From Pseudomonadota bacterium (GTDB lineage Bacteria > Pseudomonadota > Gammaproteobacteria > Burkholderiales > Burkholderiaceae_E), in assembly GCA_029779435.1 (NCBI GenBank), contig JAKPAM010000162.1:5527-69526 (forward strand): DNA of 64,000 bases, written 5' to 3'. Positions 1 through 9,686 of the stretch are shown here, in pieces (position 1 is the first letter of the stretch; every line of letters starts with the position of its first letter). Under the pieces are notes generated by a model, which saw only the letters and a list, made by a program, of their open reading frames with translations, searched no databases and was not told where the DNA came from. The position numbers and the translations under genes were made by a program.

Positions 1-207
1 CGCCGGCAGCGGACGAATCACCGATGAACAACAGCCTCAACGGCTCGGCAGAATCCGTGCTCGTCCCCTCGCGACCGGACCGTGCCCCCTGCGCCTCCGG
101 CAGACGAAGCGCGGTCCTGCGAAGACGGGAGCCCTGGAACAACAGGATCGGCCCCAGCGCAATCTTGTAGACAGGGATCAGGATGGGCGCCTCTTGATGT
201 CGGTCAT
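1..207 (-). CDS. SGNH/GDSL-family hydrolase, N-terminal part only (gene runs off the left edge); start codon unresolved
   Basis: My minus-strand translation of 184..1 gives ILIPVYKIALGPILLFQGSRLRRTALRLPEAQGARSGREGTSTDSAEPLRLLFIGDSSAAG. That is a hydrophobic N-terminus followed by the GDS(S) block-I motif. It is absent from the ORF track because no in-frame ATG/GTG/TTG precedes it. The nearest ATG (207..205) is in another frame and stops after 9 codons. Confidence 0.45.
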
Positions 208-247
208 GTCGGCGCTTCCTGCCCCGAGAGCTGCACGCGATGGTCCG

Positions 248-2089
248 TCAATGATCCAGAAAACCGCCCGACTGCCGGTTCCACAATCGCGCATAGTGAC
301 CGTCCAACACCAGCAGTTCCGCATGCGTGCCCTGCTCGACGACCTGTCCCTGATCCATCACGATCAGCCGGTCCATGCTGGCGATCGTCGATAGCCGGTG
401 CGCGATCGCGATGACGGTCTTGCCGGCCATCAGCGTCTGCAACTGTTCCTGGATCACCGCCTCGACCTCGCTGTCCAGCGCCGACGTCGCCTCGTCGAGC
501 ACGAGGATCGGCGCGTTCTTCAGCAGCACGCGCGCCAGCGCGATCCGCTGACGCTGGCCGCCCGACAGCTTGACGCCGCGTTCACCGACCTGCGCGTCAT
601 AAGCGCTGCGTCCCTGCCAGTCGGTCAGGTGCGCGATGAAGTCGTCGGCATGCGCCTGGCGCGCGGCCGCGCGCACCTCGTCGTCGGTGGCCGATGGGCG
701 GCCATAGCGGATGTTGTCGGCGATCGATCGGTGCAACAGCGACGTGTCCTGCGTGACGACGCCGATCGCGGCGCGCAGGCTCTCCTGCGTGACGTCGCTG
801 ATGTCCTGGCCGTCGATCAGGATGCGGCCGCCCTGCAGATCATGGAACCGCAGCAGCAGGTTGACCAGTGTCGACTTGCCCGCACCCGAGCGTCCGACGA
901 TGCCGACGCGCTCGCCCGGTTCGATCCGCAGCGACAGGTCGCCGAAGATCGGGCGCTGCGGCTGATAGCCGAAGCGGATGTGCTCGAACGCTATCTGGCC
1001 GCGCGTCACCACCAGCGCGGCCGCGCCGGGCCGATCGACCAGCGCGTGCGGCTGCGCGATCGTTTCCATCCCCTCCTGCACGACGCCGATGTTCTCGAAG
1101 ATGCCCGCCACCTCCCACGATACCCAACCGGCCATGTTCGAGATCTGCCAAGTCAACGGGATCGCCGTGGCCACCGCCGCCGCCTCGACGGCGCCGTGGA
1201 CCCATAGCGCCAGGCCGGTCAGCGCGGTGCCGACGATCAGCAGCGCGTTCATCGCGCTCAACGTCGACGTGAACAGCGTGATCAGCCGCATGTGGCGGGC
1301 GACCGCCTGCTGCGTACCGTCGACGGCCTCGGCGACGTGCCGGTCCTCGTCCTGCGGACGCGCGAACAGCTTGACGGTGAGGATGTTCGTATAGCTGTCG
1401 ACGACCCGTCCCATCAGCATCGAGCGCGCTTCGGATGCCGACTTGCCGAGCTTGCGCATGCGCGGTACGAAGTAGCGCAGGAACACCCCGTAGCCGGCGA
1501 TCCACCCGACGATCGGAATCGCCAACCGCCAATCGATCGCGGCGAGCAGTACGAGTGCGCTGATGCCGTAGACGCAGATGTGCCAGACCGCGCGGATCGA
1601 CGCGACGACGCTCTCTCGCAGCGACACGCCGGTCTGCATCACGCGGTTGGCGATCCGCCCGGCGAAGTCGTTCTGGAAGAACGGCCAGCTCTGGCGCACG
1701 ACGTGCCAATGGTTCTGCCAGCGGATCAGCGCGGTGACGCCCGGAGCGACCGCGCTGTTGCGCACCAGGCTGTCCAGCATCTGGATACCCGGCCGCACGA
1801 TCAGCAACGCGACCGCCATCGCGATCAGCATCGTGCGGCTCTCGGCGAGCACCGCATGCGGGTCGGCGGCGGTCATCAGCCCGACGAGCCGGCCGATGAA
1901 CAGCGGCACCAGCATGTCCGACAACGCGACGCCCAGGCCGGTCGCGAACATCGCCACGTACAGCCAGCGCGTCTGGCGAACGAAGTGCCAGTAGAACGCC
2001 AGCAACCGCTTCGGGGGGCCTGCGCTCGGTGCGATCGCAGCATCGGGCGGGCGGCTTCCCTGGATCAGGGTTTCGAAAAATCGGAACAC
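248..2089 (-). CDS. ABC exporter, fused permease/ATP-binding protein
   Basis: 613-aa ORF with an N-terminal multi-TM domain. It carries Walker A GRSGAGKST, signature LSGGQRQR and Walker B ILVLDEATS. Confidence 0.9.
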   Translation of the reverse strand: MFRFFETLIQGSRPPDAAIAPSAGPPKRLLAFYWHFVRQTRWLYVAMFATGLGVALSDMLVPLFIGRLVGLMTAADPHAVLAESRTMLIAMAVALLIVRPGIQMLDSLVRNSAVAPGVTALIRWQNHWHVVRQSWPFFQNDFAGRIANRVMQTGVSLRESVVASIRAVWHICVYGISALVLLAAIDWRLAIPIVGWIAGYGVFLRYFVPRMRKLGKSASEARSMLMGRVVDSYTNILTVKLFARPQDEDRHVAEAVDGTQQAVARHMRLITLFTSTLSAMNALLIVGTALTGLALWVHGAVEAAAVATAIPLTWQISNMAGWVSWEVAGIFENIGVVQEGMETIAQPHALVDRPGAAALVVTRGQIAFEHIRFGYQPQRPIFGDLSLRIEPGERVGIVGRSGAGKSTLVNLLLRFHDLQGGRILIDGQDISDVTQESLRAAIGVVTQDTSLLHRSIADNIRYGRPSATDDEVRAAARQAHADDFIAHLTDWQGRSAYDAQVGERGVKLSGGQRQRIALARVLLKNAPILVLDEATSALDSEVEAVIQEQLQTLMAGKTVIAIAHRLSTIASMDRLIVMDQGQVVEQGTHAELLVLDGHYARLWNRQSGGFLDH

Positions 2090-2152
2090 CCGGGCAGCTT
2101 ACCTGAAGCGAATCGTTTCGCTCGTTCCGCCCCTTCGTCCCGGGTGCATTTC

Positions 2153-2330
2153 GGTTAGGGCATGTTAACGCTAAGATCGCCCCCGCGTGAAGCCCTGTTC
2201 GAGCCTGCAGCAAGGCGCAAAGCACAGCCATAGCGGGGCTATGGCGAGCATTTGCAACGCGGCGGCGGGCTCGAACAGGGCTTCACCCTTCGGGCCGAGG
2301 GGGCGATCTTAGCGTTAACAGGCCCTAGCC
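2153..2330. repeat. 178-bp nested imperfect palindrome (MITE-like or structured-RNA-like element) in the intergenic gap
   Basis: The outer arms 2153..2184 and 2299..2330 are reverse complements at 30 of 32 positions. The inner arms 2187..2205 and 2268..2286 are a perfect 19-bp inverted repeat (GTGAAGCCCTGTTCGAGCC). The central hairpin is GCCATAGC-GGG-GCTATGGC at 2227..2245. Confidence 0.8.
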
Positions 2331-2402
2331 GGACGAATCGCTATCGGCCTTCCCGCGCCTGCCCGGTCCCGTGGCCCCGGGCATCGTCGCGGCTATCCCC
2401 CA

Positions 2403-3392
2403 TCACTGCTGCCACGGAATCGGCACCACGACCATGCCCGCGGTCTCCATGATCCTGCGCAGGCTGACGAATTCGCTCTCGACGAACTTGCCGAACTCGT
2501 CACCCGCCAGCACCGCCGACGTCCAGCCGTTCTTTTCCAACGTCTGCTGCCACGAGGGCGACTGCGTGGCGGCGAGCAGCGCGTCGATCAGCGCCTGGCG
2601 TTGCGCGGGCATCAGATCCCGCTTGCCGAACAAGCCGCGCCAGTTGCTGATTTCGACGTCGATGCCCTGTTCCTTGAGGGTGGGAATGTCCTTGATCATC
2701 GCCAGGCGTTGGCCGCTGGTCACGGCCACGGCCTTCATCCTGCCGCTGCGAAGGTGCTCGACGACCTCGCTCAGGCCACTGCCCCCGATGGTGACCCGAC
2801 CCTCCAGGACGTCGGCCGCCGCTTCGCCGCCGCCGCTGGACGCCACGTAGTTGACCCTGGCCGGGTTCACGCCCACCGCACGCGCGATCATCGCCGCCGC
2901 GATGTGCTCGGTGGAGCCGGACGAGCCGCCGCCCCACTGCACGCTCTCCGGGTCCTTCTTGAACTGCGCGATCACGTCGCCCATGGTCTTGAACGGCGAG
3001 TTGGGCGACAGAACGAACACGTTGTATTCGGTCGTCAGGCGCATCAGCGGCGTACCCCGCATCAGGTTCATCGGCCATCGGGAGGCGATCAGCCCGCCCA
3101 GCATCACCGCGCCCATCACCATGATCTGGGTGGCATCGCCCTTGTCTCTCGCGATGAACGGTCCCATACCCAGCACGCCGGCCGCGCCACCCACGTTCGT
3201 GTAGGTCACCGTGGCGGCCTGCTTGGCGTCGAGCATCGCTTGACCCAATGCGCGGCCGGTCATGTCCCAGCCACCGCCAGGGCTGGCGGGGATCAGCACC
3301 TTCAGGTTAACGCCCGGCTGGGCCCTCGCGACGGGCATTGCACCGGCAGCCGCCAGCGCGGCCATGGATTTGAGGAAGGTAGCGCGATCCAT
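2403..3392 (-). CDS. Bug/TctC-family tripartite tricarboxylate transporter substrate-binding protein
   Basis: Track ORF 2403..3479. The start was moved to M30 (MDRATFLKSMAALAAAGAMPVARA signal peptide), which is preceded by AGGAGA. The body is typical Bug-family (PGGGWD, tail WQQ). Confidence 0.85.
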   Translation of the reverse strand: MDRATFLKSMAALAAAGAMPVARAQPGVNLKVLIPASPGGGWDMTGRALGQAMLDAKQAATVTYTNVGGAAGVLGMGPFIARDKGDATQIMVMGAVMLGGLIASRWPMNLMRGTPLMRLTTEYNVFVLSPNSPFKTMGDVIAQFKKDPESVQWGGGSSGSTEHIAAAMIARAVGVNPARVNYVASSGGGEAAADVLEGRVTIGGSGLSEVVEHLRSGRMKAVAVTSGQRLAMIKDIPTLKEQGIDVEISNWRGLFGKRDLMPAQRQALIDALLAATQSPSWQQTLEKNGWTSAVLAGDEFGKFVESEFVSLRRIMETAGMVVVPIPWQQ

Positions 3393-3660
3393 CAGCGGTC
3401 TCCTGAATAGTTGCTCGAAGGCTCGTAGGCGCAGCACCGGCTCATCATAAATTCGGCGTCTGAATGGCGACAGCGACATGAGCCCAGAAACGAGACTGTC
3501 GACACGCCACGGTCGTCCTGTTGCAGGCCGTCCCGCGATCGCCAGTACGCCGTCGGGTGAACAGGCCCTCTAAGCTATCCCCAGCGGAAAAGCGGTCACG
3601 GCCGCGGGTATTCCACGACACGATAAGATCACGTCCGCTGATGAATGTTCCGGAAACGCC

Positions 3661-4095
3661 ATGAGCGCAAGCACCGATCGACTCGACCGCATGATCAGCG
3701 GCACGCATCTACCTTCGCCGTGCGGCGTATCGATGAGCCTGCCGGTCGTCCAGGGCTACGAACCGGGCCGGATCTGGTACGACTGGGACGTCGATCCGCG
3801 GTTCATCAACTCGTTCGGGTCGTTGTTCGGTGGCTACACCAGCGCGCTGCTCGACGACGCCGCGACGCATGCGACATTTTCCGTACTGCCCGACGATCGG
3901 GGCTGCGTGACGTCCGACCTGCGGATCAGCCTGTTCCGCCCGGCCTTTGCCGGCGAGACGCTGCATATGGAGGCGGTCGTCATCAACCAGAGCCGCTCCA
4001 GCCATCACGTCGAATGCACGCTGACGCGCAAGCAGGACGGCAAGATGATCGCGAAGGCCACCGCGATCGTCAGCCTGTTCGCCAAAGCGGGATGA
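3661..4095 (+). CDS. PaaI-type hotdog-fold thioesterase
   Basis: 144-aa ORF containing the segment FGSLFGGYTSALLDDAATHA, which is typical of the PaaI/YbgC-like hotdog fold. Confidence 0.75.
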   Translation: MSASTDRLDRMISGTHLPSPCGVSMSLPVVQGYEPGRIWYDWDVDPRFINSFGSLFGGYTSALLDDAATHATFSVLPDDRGCVTSDLRISLFRPAFAGETLHMEAVVINQSRSSHHVECTLTRKQDGKMIAKATAIVSLFAKAG

Positions 4096-4362
4096 AAGAC
4101 CCGGGGTCCGTTCGTCCCCGCGATTCGGCCGGCACCTGCCAGGCAGGATGAATAGGTAGAGCGGCTGGCGAAAACCTGCTGATTCTTGCCGGCTTGCACG
4201 TCGCGCACCACCGCGTCGTTCCGTGGGTCGCGGATGATCTGCGGCTGTTGCTGCAAGCCACCTGAGGCCGGGCGGCCGAGAGCCCCATCGCAGGGTCACC
4301 CCGGGTTGTATCCGGTTCCACGCCTGGATAGGATCCTCCCACCTTTCAGACCGAGATCCGCC

Positions 4363-5613
4363 ATGCAACCTCCGTCCGTCTTTCCCAAATCCCTCAAATC
4401 CACGTGCGCCGCGTTGGCCATGGCGCTCGCGGCTGCCTTCCCCGCGTCCCAGGCAGCCGCGCAGGGCAACGCCAAGATCTCCGACGGCGTCGTGCGGATG
4501 GGGCTGCTGCTGGACATGAGCAGCCTCTACGAAGACGTGGCGGGCAAGGGCACGGTGACCGCCGTGCAGATGGCCATCGAAGACTTCGGCGGCAAGGTCC
4601 ACGGCGCGCCCATCGAAGTGGTCGTCGTCGACCACCAGAACAAGCCCGACCTGGCGGCCACGAAGGCGCGCGAGTGGTTCGACGCCGACAAGGTCGACAT
4701 GATCGGCGACGTCGCCGCGTCCGCCACCGCGCTGGCGGCGGCCGAGGTGGCCAAACAGAAGAACAAGGTCATCCTGATGAGCGGCCCGGGCACCAGCCGC
4801 CTGACCAACGAGAACTGCTCGCCGGTCAGCGTGCACTGGACCTGGGACACCTATGCGCTGGCTTCGGTGATCGGCCGCGGCGTGGCCCGCACCGGCGGCG
4901 ATAGCTGGTTCTTCATCACCGCCGACTACGCGTTCGGCCATTCGCTGGAGAAGGACACCAGCGAGGTGATCAAGGCCGAAGGCGGCAAGGTGGTGGGCAG
5001 CGTGCGCTTCCCGCTGAACAACGCGGATTTCTCGTCGTTCATGCTGCAGGCGCAGGCATCGAAAGCCAAGGTGATCGGCCTGGCCACGGCCGGCGGCGAC
5101 ACGATCAACGCGATCAAGGCGGCCAACGAGTTCGGCGTCACCAAGAACCAGAAACTGGCCGGCCTGCTGGTGTTCATCAACGACGTCCATGCGCTGGGCC
5201 TGGACGTCACACAGGGCATGCAGTTGACCGAGGGCTTCTACTGGGACATGAACGACGAGACCCGCAAGTGGTCGAAGCGCTTCTTCGACAAGATGAAGAA
5301 GATGCCCAACATGCTGCAGGCGGGCTCGTATTCGTCGACGCTGCACTACCTGAGGGCCGTGCAGGCCACCGGCACCGATGAAACGGCTCCGGTGATGGCC
5401 TGGATGAAGGCCAACCCGATCAACGACGTGTTCGTCAAGAACGGCAAGATCCGCGAGGACGGCCGGATGATGCGCGAGATGTACCTGTTCGAGGTCAAGA
5501 AGCCGTCGGAGTCCAAGGGGCCCTGGGACTACTTCAAGCTGAAGGCCACGATCCCGGCCGATGAAGCCTACATGCCGCTGGCCAAGAGCACTTGCCCGCT
5601 GGTGAAGAAGTAG
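4363..5613 (+). CDS. ABC transporter substrate-binding protein, LivK/branched-chain amino-acid-binding type (orphan; no permease genes adjacent)
   Basis: Track ORF 4186..5613. The start was moved to M60 (MQPPSVFPK...AAFPASQAAAQG signal peptide). The body is type-I periplasmic binding protein-like. Confidence 0.85.
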   Translation: MQPPSVFPKSLKSTCAALAMALAAAFPASQAAAQGNAKISDGVVRMGLLLDMSSLYEDVAGKGTVTAVQMAIEDFGGKVHGAPIEVVVVDHQNKPDLAATKAREWFDADKVDMIGDVAASATALAAAEVAKQKNKVILMSGPGTSRLTNENCSPVSVHWTWDTYALASVIGRGVARTGGDSWFFITADYAFGHSLEKDTSEVIKAEGGKVVGSVRFPLNNADFSSFMLQAQASKAKVIGLATAGGDTINAIKAANEFGVTKNQKLAGLLVFINDVHALGLDVTQGMQLTEGFYWDMNDETRKWSKRFFDKMKKMPNMLQAGSYSSTLHYLRAVQATGTDETAPVMAWMKANPINDVFVKNGKIREDGRMMREMYLFEVKKPSESKGPWDYFKLKATIPADEAYMPLAKSTCPLVKK

Positions 5614-5721
5614 GCTCTCCCGAAACCCGTCAGCCGCCCGCGTCCGCGATCAGTCCGATCCGTCGCGGGCGATGGACGTCGGATCATCGTCCGGCGTCGC
5701 GCCACGCCGCAGCCTGATCGA

Positions 5722-8700
5722 TTACGGCATCGCGCCTTCCGTCGACGCCCGGCCCACCGACTCCGCCAGCACCTGCGCGACGTGCAGTGCGTGCCGCTGC
5801 GCGCCGTCCAGGATCTGGTGCCGGCAACTGGTGCCGTCGGCGACGATCATCGCGTCGTCGCCGGCCTCGCGCACGGCCGGCAGCAGCGAGGCTTCGGCCA
5901 TCTTCGTCGACACGTCGAAGTGCCCGTGCTCGAAGCCGAACGCGCCGGCCATGCCGCAGCAACTCGATTCGACGACGCGCAGGTCGATGCCCGGAATCCA
6001 CTTGAGCACGCTCTGCACCGGCGTGAACGCGTCGAACGCCTTCTGATGGCAGTGGCCATGGACCAGCACCCTGGCGCGATCCAGCGGCCCCAGCGCCAGC
6101 GTCAAGCGCCCGGCCGCCTTCTCGCGCACCAGGAACTCCTCGAACAGCATCGCGCTGTCCGCGAGCAGCTTCGCGTCGGCGGCGTCGATGCCGGGCGCCG
6201 CACCATCGGGCTGGCCGCCCAACACCAGAAACTCGTCGCGCATCGTCAGCAGGCACGACGGTTCGAGGCCGACGACCGTGGCGCCGCGCCGCAAGTATGG
6301 CAGCAGCGCGTCGAGCGTGCGCGCGGCTTCGGCGCGGGCCTTGTCGATCCGGCCGCTGGCCAGGTACGTGCGGCCGCAGCATAGCGGCCGTCGCGCGTCG
6401 CGGCCGGCCGCCTGCGCGTGATGGACGCGATAGCCGGCGGCACGCAGCACCTGGAGCGCCGCGCGCAGTACCTCGGGCTCGAAGTGGTTGTTGAACGTGT
6501 CGACCCACAGCACGACATCGCCGACGGGACGGGCAACGGCAGCCGCCTGCGCGTCGTGCCCGGCGGCATCGATGCCCCCGCGCAGCAGTTCGCGCGACAG
6601 GCGCTTGTCGCGCAGAAACGATCGCCGCCGCCATACGGGCAGGCTGCGGCGCGCGTCGATGCCGGTGACGCGCTGCATCAGCCAGGCGACGATCGACGAT
6701 CGGTTGCGCAGGTTCAACAACGGCGCGACGCGCGCGGCCAGGCTTGCATACCGCGGCAATTCGCCGACCATCCGCTGCAGCAGCGTCGCGCCATGCCGCG
6801 CCCGGTAATGGTGCTGGAACTCGACCTTCATCCGCGCCATGTCGATGCCGGTCGGGCAGTCGCGCTTGCAGCCCTTGCAACCGACGCACAGGTCCATCGT
6901 GTCGGCCAGCGCCTGCGAGGTCAGCGCGTCCTCGCCGAGCTGGCCCGACAACGCGAGCCGCAACGTGTTGGCCCGCCCGCGGGTCAGGTGCTGCTCGTCG
7001 CGCGTGACGCGATAGCTGGGACACATCGTGTCGGCGTCGAACTTGCGGCAATGGCCGTTGTTGTTGCACATCTCGACGGCCTTGGCCCAGCCTCCGGTCG
7101 GATCGCCGCCGGTGCCGGGCGCCGTCGTCTGACCGGTGACCGCGTCGTTCTGCACGTTCCACGCCGACCAGTCGAGCTCGGTGCGCAGCGGCAATACACG
7201 ATAGTCGGGCTTGAAGCGGAACAGCTCGGCGTCGTCCATCCGGGTCGGGTGGACGATCTTGCCGGGATTCATCAGCCCGGCCGGATCGAACAACTGCTTG
7301 ACGGTGTCGAAGGCTTTGGTAATCCGCGGGCCGTACTGCCATTCGACCCATTCGCTGCGGACCAGGCCGTCGCCGTGCTCGCCGGAGAACGCGCCGCGAT
7401 ACTTGCGCACCAGTTCGCCGGCCTCTTCGGCGATCGCCCGCATCTTCGCGGCGCCGCCATGGGGGCCGCTGACACGCATGTCGAGGATCGGCCGCACGTG
7501 CAGCGTACCGACCGACGCGTGCGCGTACCAGGTACCGCGCGTGCCGTGCCGCGCGAACACGTCGGTCAGTTGCGCGGTGTAGTCGGCGAGGTGCTCGAGC
7601 GGCACCGCGCAGTCCTCGATGAACGACACCGGCTTGCCGTCGCCACGCGCCGACATCATGATGTTCAGGCCGGCCTTGCGCACGTCCCACAGCAGCTTCT
7701 GCGCCTTCGGATCCGGCATCTCGACGACGGAATCGGGCAAGCCCAGGTCGCCCATCAGCACCGACAGATCGTGCAACTGGCGCAATAGCGGCTCGCGGTC
7801 GTCGCCGGCGAACTCGACCAGCAGGATCGCTTCGGGCGTGGGCGCGGCCGGATCGACCAGCGCGGTTTCGATCGTGGCGCGGAACACCGGATTGCCGCGC
7901 GCCAGGTCGATCATCGTGCGATCGACCAGCTCGACCGCGCAGGGCATCAGCCGGACGATGTGCTGAGCGCTGTCCATCGCGCGATGGAACGACGCGAAGT
8001 TGACGACGCCGAGCACCTTGTGCACCGGCAGCCGCGACAGCTTCAGGTGCAGCCGGCGGAAATAAGCGAGCGTCCCCTCGGAACCGACCAGCAGGTGCGC
8101 GAGGTTGACCGAACCGTCGGCCGTATAAGGCCTCTCGGACTGCGGGTGGAACACGTCGAGGTTGTAGCCGCCGACACGCCGCATCACCTTCGGCCATACG
8201 CGCTCGATCTCGGCACGCTCGTGATGGCCCAGTTCGAACAATCGCGACACCAGCGAACCGGTGCGCGCCGAGCCCATCGGCCGCGCGGCGCGCGCGCCGA
8301 ACGGACCGAAGAACTCCTGCGTGCCGTCGGACAGGATCGCGTCGATGCCCAGCACGTTGTGCACCATGTTGCCGTAGGCGATCGAGCGCGAGCCGCAAGA
8401 GTTGTTGCCCGCCATGCCGCCGATCGTCGCCTGCGCGGCCGTCGACACGTCGACCGGGAACCACAGGCCGTGCGGCTTGAGCCAGGCGTTCAGATGATCG
8501 AGCACGATGCCCGGCTGCACCTGGACGGTCATCGCCTCGGCGTCGAAATCGATGACCTGGCGCAGGTGCTTGCTGTTGTCGATGACCAGCGCCTCGCCGA
8601 CGGTCTGGCCGCACTGGCTGGTGCCGCCGCCGCGCGGCAGGATCGGTACCTTCAGCTCGCGCGCCAGGTCGATCGCCGCGACCACGTCGGTCTCGTCGGC

Positions 8701-8970
8701 GGGCACCAGCACGCCGATCGGCTCGACCTGGTAGATCGAGGCGTCGGTCGCATAGCGTCCGCGCGAGGCGGCATCGAACAGGACCTCGCCCTTGACGAGC
8801 CGCCGCAGCCGCTGCGCGAGGCGGCTGCGTTCCAGCGGCTTGCCGCCGAGCCGGCGCACGGACGCGGCGGGCGATGCGGCAGCCACGGCGCCAGCCGCGC
8901 CGGACGCGTGGATGGCGTTGGGATCCTTGCCCGGGCCTTCCGGGGCGCGCAGGGAATCGGGAGCGTTCAT
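5722..8970 (-). CDS. FAD-binding and (Fe-S)-binding oxidase (GlcD-like FAD domain fused to a 4Fe-4S/CCG domain; YdiJ-like 2-hydroxyacid dehydrogenase type)
   Basis: Track ORF 5722..9690. The start is taken at MNAPDSL (8970) because its ATG overlaps the upstream GntR stop codon (ATGA). It has a PCMH-type FAD domain (PRGGGTSQCGQ), the cluster CVGCKGCKRDCPTG, and CCG motifs EPSCLL and ESSCCGMAG. Confidence 0.85.
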   Translation of the reverse strand: MNAPDSLRAPEGPGKDPNAIHASGAAGAVAAASPAASVRRLGGKPLERSRLAQRLRRLVKGEVLFDAASRGRYATDASIYQVEPIGVLVPADETDVVAAIDLARELKVPILPRGGGTSQCGQTVGEALVIDNSKHLRQVIDFDAEAMTVQVQPGIVLDHLNAWLKPHGLWFPVDVSTAAQATIGGMAGNNSCGSRSIAYGNMVHNVLGIDAILSDGTQEFFGPFGARAARPMGSARTGSLVSRLFELGHHERAEIERVWPKVMRRVGGYNLDVFHPQSERPYTADGSVNLAHLLVGSEGTLAYFRRLHLKLSRLPVHKVLGVVNFASFHRAMDSAQHIVRLMPCAVELVDRTMIDLARGNPVFRATIETALVDPAAPTPEAILLVEFAGDDREPLLRQLHDLSVLMGDLGLPDSVVEMPDPKAQKLLWDVRKAGLNIMMSARGDGKPVSFIEDCAVPLEHLADYTAQLTDVFARHGTRGTWYAHASVGTLHVRPILDMRVSGPHGGAAKMRAIAEEAGELVRKYRGAFSGEHGDGLVRSEWVEWQYGPRITKAFDTVKQLFDPAGLMNPGKIVHPTRMDDAELFRFKPDYRVLPLRTELDWSAWNVQNDAVTGQTTAPGTGGDPTGGWAKAVEMCNNNGHCRKFDADTMCPSYRVTRDEQHLTRGRANTLRLALSGQLGEDALTSQALADTMDLCVGCKGCKRDCPTGIDMARMKVEFQHHYRARHGATLLQRMVGELPRYASLAARVAPLLNLRNRSSIVAWLMQRVTGIDARRSLPVWRRRSFLRDKRLSRELLRGGIDAAGHDAQAAAVARPVGDVVLWVDTFNNHFEPEVLRAALQVLRAAGYRVHHAQAAGRDARRPLCCGRTYLASGRIDKARAEAARTLDALLPYLRRGATVVGLEPSCLLTMRDEFLVLGGQPDGAAPGIDAADAKLLADSAMLFEEFLVREKAAGRLTLALGPLDRARVLVHGHCHQKAFDAFTPVQSVLKWIPGIDLRVVESSCCGMAGAFGFEHGHFDVSTKMAEASLLPAVREAGDDAMIVADGTSCRHQILDGAQRHALHVAQVLAESVGRASTEGAMP

Positions 8971-9686
8971 CGTGGTTCGGCCGTAGGCGAAGACAGGGTA
9001 AGCGCCGGCAGGCCATCGGCCGCGGCGGCGTCGAATTGCGCGAGCACCGCGTCGCGCTTGCCCAGCAGGTGTTGTTCGAGCAGCGTGCGCAACCGCGGCG
9101 CATCGCGCCCGGCCAGCGCGTCGATCATCCGCTGGTGCTCGTCGACCGCGTGATCCCAGCGGCGCGCGTCGAAGTTGGACCGGAAGCGCAGGCTCTGCAG
9201 CCGGCCGTTGACGCTGGCGTACATCTCGGTCAACTCGGGGTTGCGGGCCGCCTGGTTGATCAGGCGATGAATCGCATGGTTGCACCGATAGTAGTTCGGC
9301 AGGTCGCGGCGCGCATGCGCGGCCAGCATCTCGAAGTGCAGCGCGCGGATCTCCGTCAGCTCGGCGTCGGTCCGCCGCGTCGCGGCCAGCCAGCCCGACA
9401 GGCCTTCGAGCGCCGACATCAGCTCGAACAGGTGCTCGACATCGGCGCGCGACAGCGACGCGACGTGCGCGCCGCGATTGGGCAGCAGTTCGACGAGGCG
9501 CTCGCCGGCCAGTTGCTTGAACGCCTCGCGCAGCGGCGTGCGCGACACGTTCAGTTGCGCGGCCAGCACGCGTTCGTTCAGGCGGCTGCCCGGCCTCAGC
9601 ACCCCCTCGACGATCAACTCTCGCAAGCGGTCGGCGACTTCCTCGTGCAACAGGCGGCCACTGGCGATTTCGGTCATTTTTTGCAT
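8967..9686 (-). CDS. GntR-family transcriptional regulator (FadR/FCD subfamily)
   Basis: Track ORF 8967..9869. The start is taken at MQKMTEIA (9686; the alternative is 9677). It has the N-terminal wHTH LAAQLNVSRTPLREAF and a C-terminal FCD-like helical domain. Confidence 0.85.
   Translation of the reverse strand: MQKMTEIASGRLLHEEVADRLRELIVEGVLRPGSRLNERVLAAQLNVSRTPLREAFKQLAGERLVELLPNRGAHVASLSRADVEHLFELMSALEGLSGWLAATRRTDAELTEIRALHFEMLAAHARRDLPNYYRCNHAIHRLINQAARNPELTEMYASVNGRLQSLRFRSNFDARRWDHAVDEHQRMIDALAGRDAPRLRTLLEQHLLGKRDAVLAQFDAAAADGLPALTLSSPTAEPR

Noticed and set aside
3393-4362. Small track ORFs in the intergenic regions around the thioesterase gene (3445..3708, 3645..4151, 4005..4256, 4070..4342).
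   Set aside because: They overlap the thioesterase gene or one another, lack an RBS and any motif, and have low-complexity Arg/Pro-rich translations.
5684-9103. This is a 1139-aa track ORF. Similar very long ORFs are 11540..14176, 26395..30399, 28934..30472, 9736..11385, 54458..56158 and the 5' two-thirds of 38501..41725. Each lies antisense to, or out of frame with, a well-supported gene.
   Set aside because: Their translations are Arg/Ala/Gly/Pro-rich low-complexity strings with no recognisable motifs. Each overlaps a gene with clear family signatures. Long shadow ORFs are expected at this GC content.
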